DNA from: Octopus sinensis
Lineage: Eukaryota
Length of the DNA stretch: 11,603 bases
NCBI RefSeq assembly: GCF_006345805.1
Contig: NW_021826985.1
Coordinates: 1 to 11,603, forward strand
Direction of reading: 5' to 3'
Shown: positions 8,615 to 11,603 of the stretch, in pieces
Numbering within the stretch: the stretch's first letter is position 1
How the letters are laid out: every line of letters begins with the position of its first letter
Position numbers and translations under genes: made by a program
The notes under the pieces: generated by a model
What the model saw: the letters and a program-made list of their open reading frames with translations, nothing else
Database searches by the model: none
Told to the model about the DNA's origin: nothing

Positions 8615-9457
8615 TTACAAATCAGAAGCATCATAAAGTGTCGCATGTGACTTGTGTGCTGCCGATTGACTGTGCCATTCTAAGACTATATTATTCAATA
8701 GTTCTCTTTATAATATAAAAGAAATAATAGGCTGGTATTTCTAACCAGTCGAGTAACGTGTAGACTTCTTAATTGGTTTAAAGCTTAGGTTATATGCAAA
8801 GGTTGAAGCAGTGCCCAGAGCGCTTGATTGTTGCTAATAACGAACCAAAAACTTGGAATTAATCTGCTACCTTGACTCGGATCGGTTATTTAGATAAGGT
8901 ATCGAGAGAAGCAACTGATATTAGAAAGGGAATTGGTAATTAAGCCGAAAGACTATATCGAACAAGGGGAACCTTAGAGCCTAATTCAAATATCCAATTT
9001 GTAACAACAAGGGGACATTATGAAAATCTCATTATTGAAACTGAGAAGTCAAAAATACCAGGTTCACCTGTTCTTGGTGATGATCAGTGGAATTGACAGA
9101 CGACAGGGAACGGTCTAAGTCCTGTAAATCGAGACGAACTGTTATTACCGAAAAACAGCCGCCAGTACCGGCAGACGAAGCTTTCACGCTTATAATTATA
9201 TTTAAAACTGCTGTCATACTTATGTAACAAAAAATAAATTGTTCTCGGTATCAAATTGCCTTCTAAGAGATGTAATTCTAATTCTTTCTGGCGTCCTATC
9301 ACTCAAATCGTGCATGTGTTTGAAAAATATCTTCACAAGTTCCTGCTTGTTTGCAAAACGGATATTGCAATTTCATCCACCTCCTACCCCTTAACTTTGT
9401 CACTAATGTTTTTTAGTATAACACCTACGCTAATTCTATAAACAAGCCTGTCAATAT

Positions 9458-9821
9458 AAATATTCTCCTGAATTGAACTGAGACTGCCAGCCGCCACTGA
9501 CCATTCAAAATACGACCATCAGGGCACTCCCAGATTCTCCCACCCCCCTTTCCTCACCAGCCCTCTTCCTCTAATACCCTACCAAGAACTCACAACGACC
9601 TCGAACACACAAGTGCAAACAAGGGAGTCAGAGAAAGGCAGAATGCCACTTATATCTGAACACTACTATAGAATATTCCTTTAAAAAAACTTTTCTTCTA
9701 ATTTTTCTAAATTTAATTATTTAATCGTTACAGTTGAAAAGGTCTCAAAATGACCGAAACCGGTACTGAAATGTTCACTATAAAATTATTTTAGCATTTT
9801 CTATTTTTGACTTGTTTTTTC
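9458..9821 (+). mobile_element. Probable 3'-terminal remnant of a Penelope-like element (last codons, 3' UTR, hammerhead, T-rich tail)
   Basis: KYSPELN* (9458-9481) parallels the KYKPRLN end of the downstream endonuclease. It is followed by a C-rich UTR, the hammerhead at 9728-9772 and (TA)n. The 5' boundary is an inference. Confidence 0.5.
9728..9772 (+). ncRNA. Minimal type I hammerhead ribozyme motif, U3-A8 variant, GUA cleavage triplet
   Basis: Stem I CAG(9731-33)/CTG(9766-68), extendable past one mismatch. Core TTGAAAA 9734-40. Stem II GGTC/GACC with a 7-nt loop. GAAA 9756-59. Stem III lies in palindrome ACCGGT. Predicted cut after A9765. Confidence 0.75.
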
Positions 9822-9841
9822 ATATATATATATATATATAT

Positions 9842-10142
9842 AAATCTAACTTTACTGGTGCCTCTGAAAACAATTTATGTCATAAAATGCTCAGGCTGCC
9901 ACCAAGACTACGTGGGATCCACGGGACTATCACTCAGACGTAGATGCACACTGCATCGACAACAGATTGCATTCCCAGAATACAGAATGATACCTTTTAG
10001 TGAGCACAATGAGAAATGTGCAAAGCAACTACTACCACAAATTTTAATCTTTCCATTTTACCAATGTGCTATCGGATCATCAACACAAATTAGACTAAAC
10101 AAGGAAACATTCTTCATTGAAAAGTACAAGCCCAGACTTAAC
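9842..10142 (+). pseudogene. GIY-YIG endonuclease domain of a 5'-truncated Penelope-like retroelement (no RT in window)
   Basis: IYVIKCSGCHQDYVGST..LRRR.TLH...SEH...KETFFIEKYKPRLN shows the IY/YVG motifs, CxxC between them, two His, and the conserved Arg, Glu and Asn. Upstream KSNFT(G)ASEN (9842-9871, FTCxSxN-like) is in another frame (frameshift at 9872). The N-terminal MTCFFIYIY of the listed ORF is microsatellite. Confidence 0.9.
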
Positions 10143-10308
10143 CATCCCAACATACTGATACAGAGAAATTCACACCAAGGGAAAGGAAAAAAATTTTAAG
10201 CGATTATCTCACTTACACCGGAAGAAATCACTCATTACCTCCCCTTATTTAGAACTCTTTTGAACATAAACATAACGATAACCCTGTTCAACATAAACAT
10301 AACGTCGC

Positions 10309-10347
10309 AAGAAATTTGAAAAGCTAAACGCGAAACCGGTCTTTCTT
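10309..10347 (+). ncRNA. Second minimal hammerhead motif, U3-A8 variant, GUC triplet
   Basis: Stem I AAGAAA(10309-14)/TTTCTT(10342-47) with one extra T. Core TTGAAAA 10316-22. 2-bp stem II GC/GC. GAAACCGGTC 10332-41. Predicted cut after C10341. Confidence 0.65.
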
Positions 10348-10526
10348 CTAAATTATGTCATTATAAGAGAAAAAAAAAATTTTAATATTCTTCAAAATTT
10401 TTTTTATATTCTTCAGACATATTGACGCAAATATATATTTTTTAACATTTAAGCCTTCTGTAGTTTTTTCACTTTTTACTATTTTCTATATATTCAACCA
10501 CGTGCTTTCACAAACCAACTTTCTTA

Positions 10527-10566
<40 letters not shown>
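10527..10566. repeat. (TC)n(TA)n microsatellite
   Basis: Read directly. Confidence 0.9.
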
Positions 10567-10717
10567 ATATCGTCTTAACTCTTAACGCAACGCAGGACTT
10601 TACTGTCTTCGAGAAGATTACCTTCAAGCTTGCAGTAACGTTTTTCGAAATAACATATCTATACGATACATTATTTACATTATTTAGATTCGACGGATAT
10701 TTGTCCTCATCTTGTTT

Positions 10718-10750
10718 GTTTCGGCTGATATACCCTCCACCCTTCATCAG
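10718..10750 (-). ncRNA. Truncated hammerhead motif (canonical core; stem III and cleavage site missing)
   Basis: Minus strand CTGATGA-A-GGGTG[GAGGGTATAT]CAGCC-GAAAC: stem II with one G-G mismatch. No UH triplet or stem I partner follows GAAAC. Confidence 0.6.
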
Positions 10751-10806
10751 ATGTCTTGGAGAAATTTCGAACTTTGTTTCTCATTCCTAAAGTATTTTTC
10801 GATGTA

Positions 10807-10860
<54 letters not shown>
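10807..10860. repeat. (ATT)18 microsatellite inside the SINE
   Basis: Read directly. Confidence 0.95.
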
Positions 10861-10864
<4 letters not shown>

Positions 10865-11603
10865 TCACTGCCTGGAATTGAACTCGGAATCTTGGGGTCA
10901 GTAGCCCGCGCCCTTAATCACTACGCCATATACTCTATAATAGCTATACAATGTATGTAAAGAACACTAGAATGTTATACTGATCATTTTAACTATCGCT
11001 GATAATGGCGATTGTGATTATTTTTGTTGTTTAACTCTAAACCAATTCTGATCCAGCATATTTAAAATCAAAGGCATTTCAGCAGTGAACATCCCATCTT
11101 TTAGGGATTTGTGGGACTATTAGCTAAGATATTAATTTCTGAATTAAAGTTGTATCAAAGGACTTTAAGAAGATTCGCTTGCTTTTTCTAACAGGTGAAG
11201 CGATTAGACGCAGTTTGTAATTGATAGTGTTGTATGACAACATAACATTGTTAACGAATCCTATGGGATCCGAGTTGTGTCCTGATATGTCGTATTTCAG
11301 TGAGTCTTGATAAGATATCGAGTAAAACAGATATCACGGAGACAAAGCAACACGCTTAGTAAATATTCTTAATTAGGGATAGCAGTTGTTCAAGAGTTTA
11401 CGTAGCAAATAAGTACTCTTTCACTAATCTTTAATATCTTCTCTTTATTCCATAACGGCTTCTATTTCATCTAAACCAACAAACGGCACACCATCTCCAC
11501 CAGTTCTCTTAATACCTTCTCCGGTCTTTGTCGTATATCGGATTATCACACCTCAGCTTATAACACTTCTGTTAATCCCTTCTTCCAATACTGCATTCTT
11601 TTT

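Larger units (their letters stand above)
10667..10931 (-). mobile_element. tRNA-headed SINE-like element with internal (AAT)n and a hammerhead-containing 3' domain
   Basis: Minus strand: A box TGGCGTAGTGA (10918-28), anticodon-like arm GGG-CTACTGA-CCC, B box GAGTTCAATTCC (10874-85), (AAT)18, CTGATGA...GAAAC, then an AATGTAAAT-type duplicated tail. The 3' boundary is approximate. Confidence 0.75.

Noticed and set aside
8782-9195. 138-codon plus frame with only three stops
   Set aside because: No RT, endonuclease or host motif that I recognise, and stop depletion is modest. tBLASTx would decide.
9807-10199. Intact stand-alone 130-aa nuclease gene
   Set aside because: The ATG and first residues come from T-rich and (TA)n sequence, and the true upstream motif is frameshifted. 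It is better called a truncated PLE fragment.
11420-11603. Protein-like minus frame (GEGIKRTGGDGVPFVGLDEIEAVME)
   Set aside because: Interrupted by stops, no splice signals, truncated by the window edge and unrecognised.

Overview
Non-coding, repeat-saturated animal DNA with no confidently identifiable host gene. Coleoid cephalopod (Octopus-like) origin is my inference from the SINE families and the very high microsatellite load. Contents: a compound CA satellite with a hidden higher-order period (1-735); a CAT/CGT trinucleotide tract giving a probably spurious poly-Asp ORF; a 3x61-62 bp minisatellite with E2F/YY1-like motifs; about 8 tRNA-derived SINE copies or fragments from at least 4 modular families; and a head-to-tail SINE train (4145-5734) with six 184-bp units. 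The most interesting part is 9458-10931. A Penelope-like GIY-YIG endonuclease fragment sits between two minimal type I hammerhead ribozyme motifs. Both carry the non-canonical UUGAAAA core (U3-A8 covariation) and the same palindromic ACCGGU stem III. Downstream, on the opposite strand, is a tRNA-headed SINE with its own truncated hammerhead. A fourth, degenerate hammerhead lies at 2258-2286.
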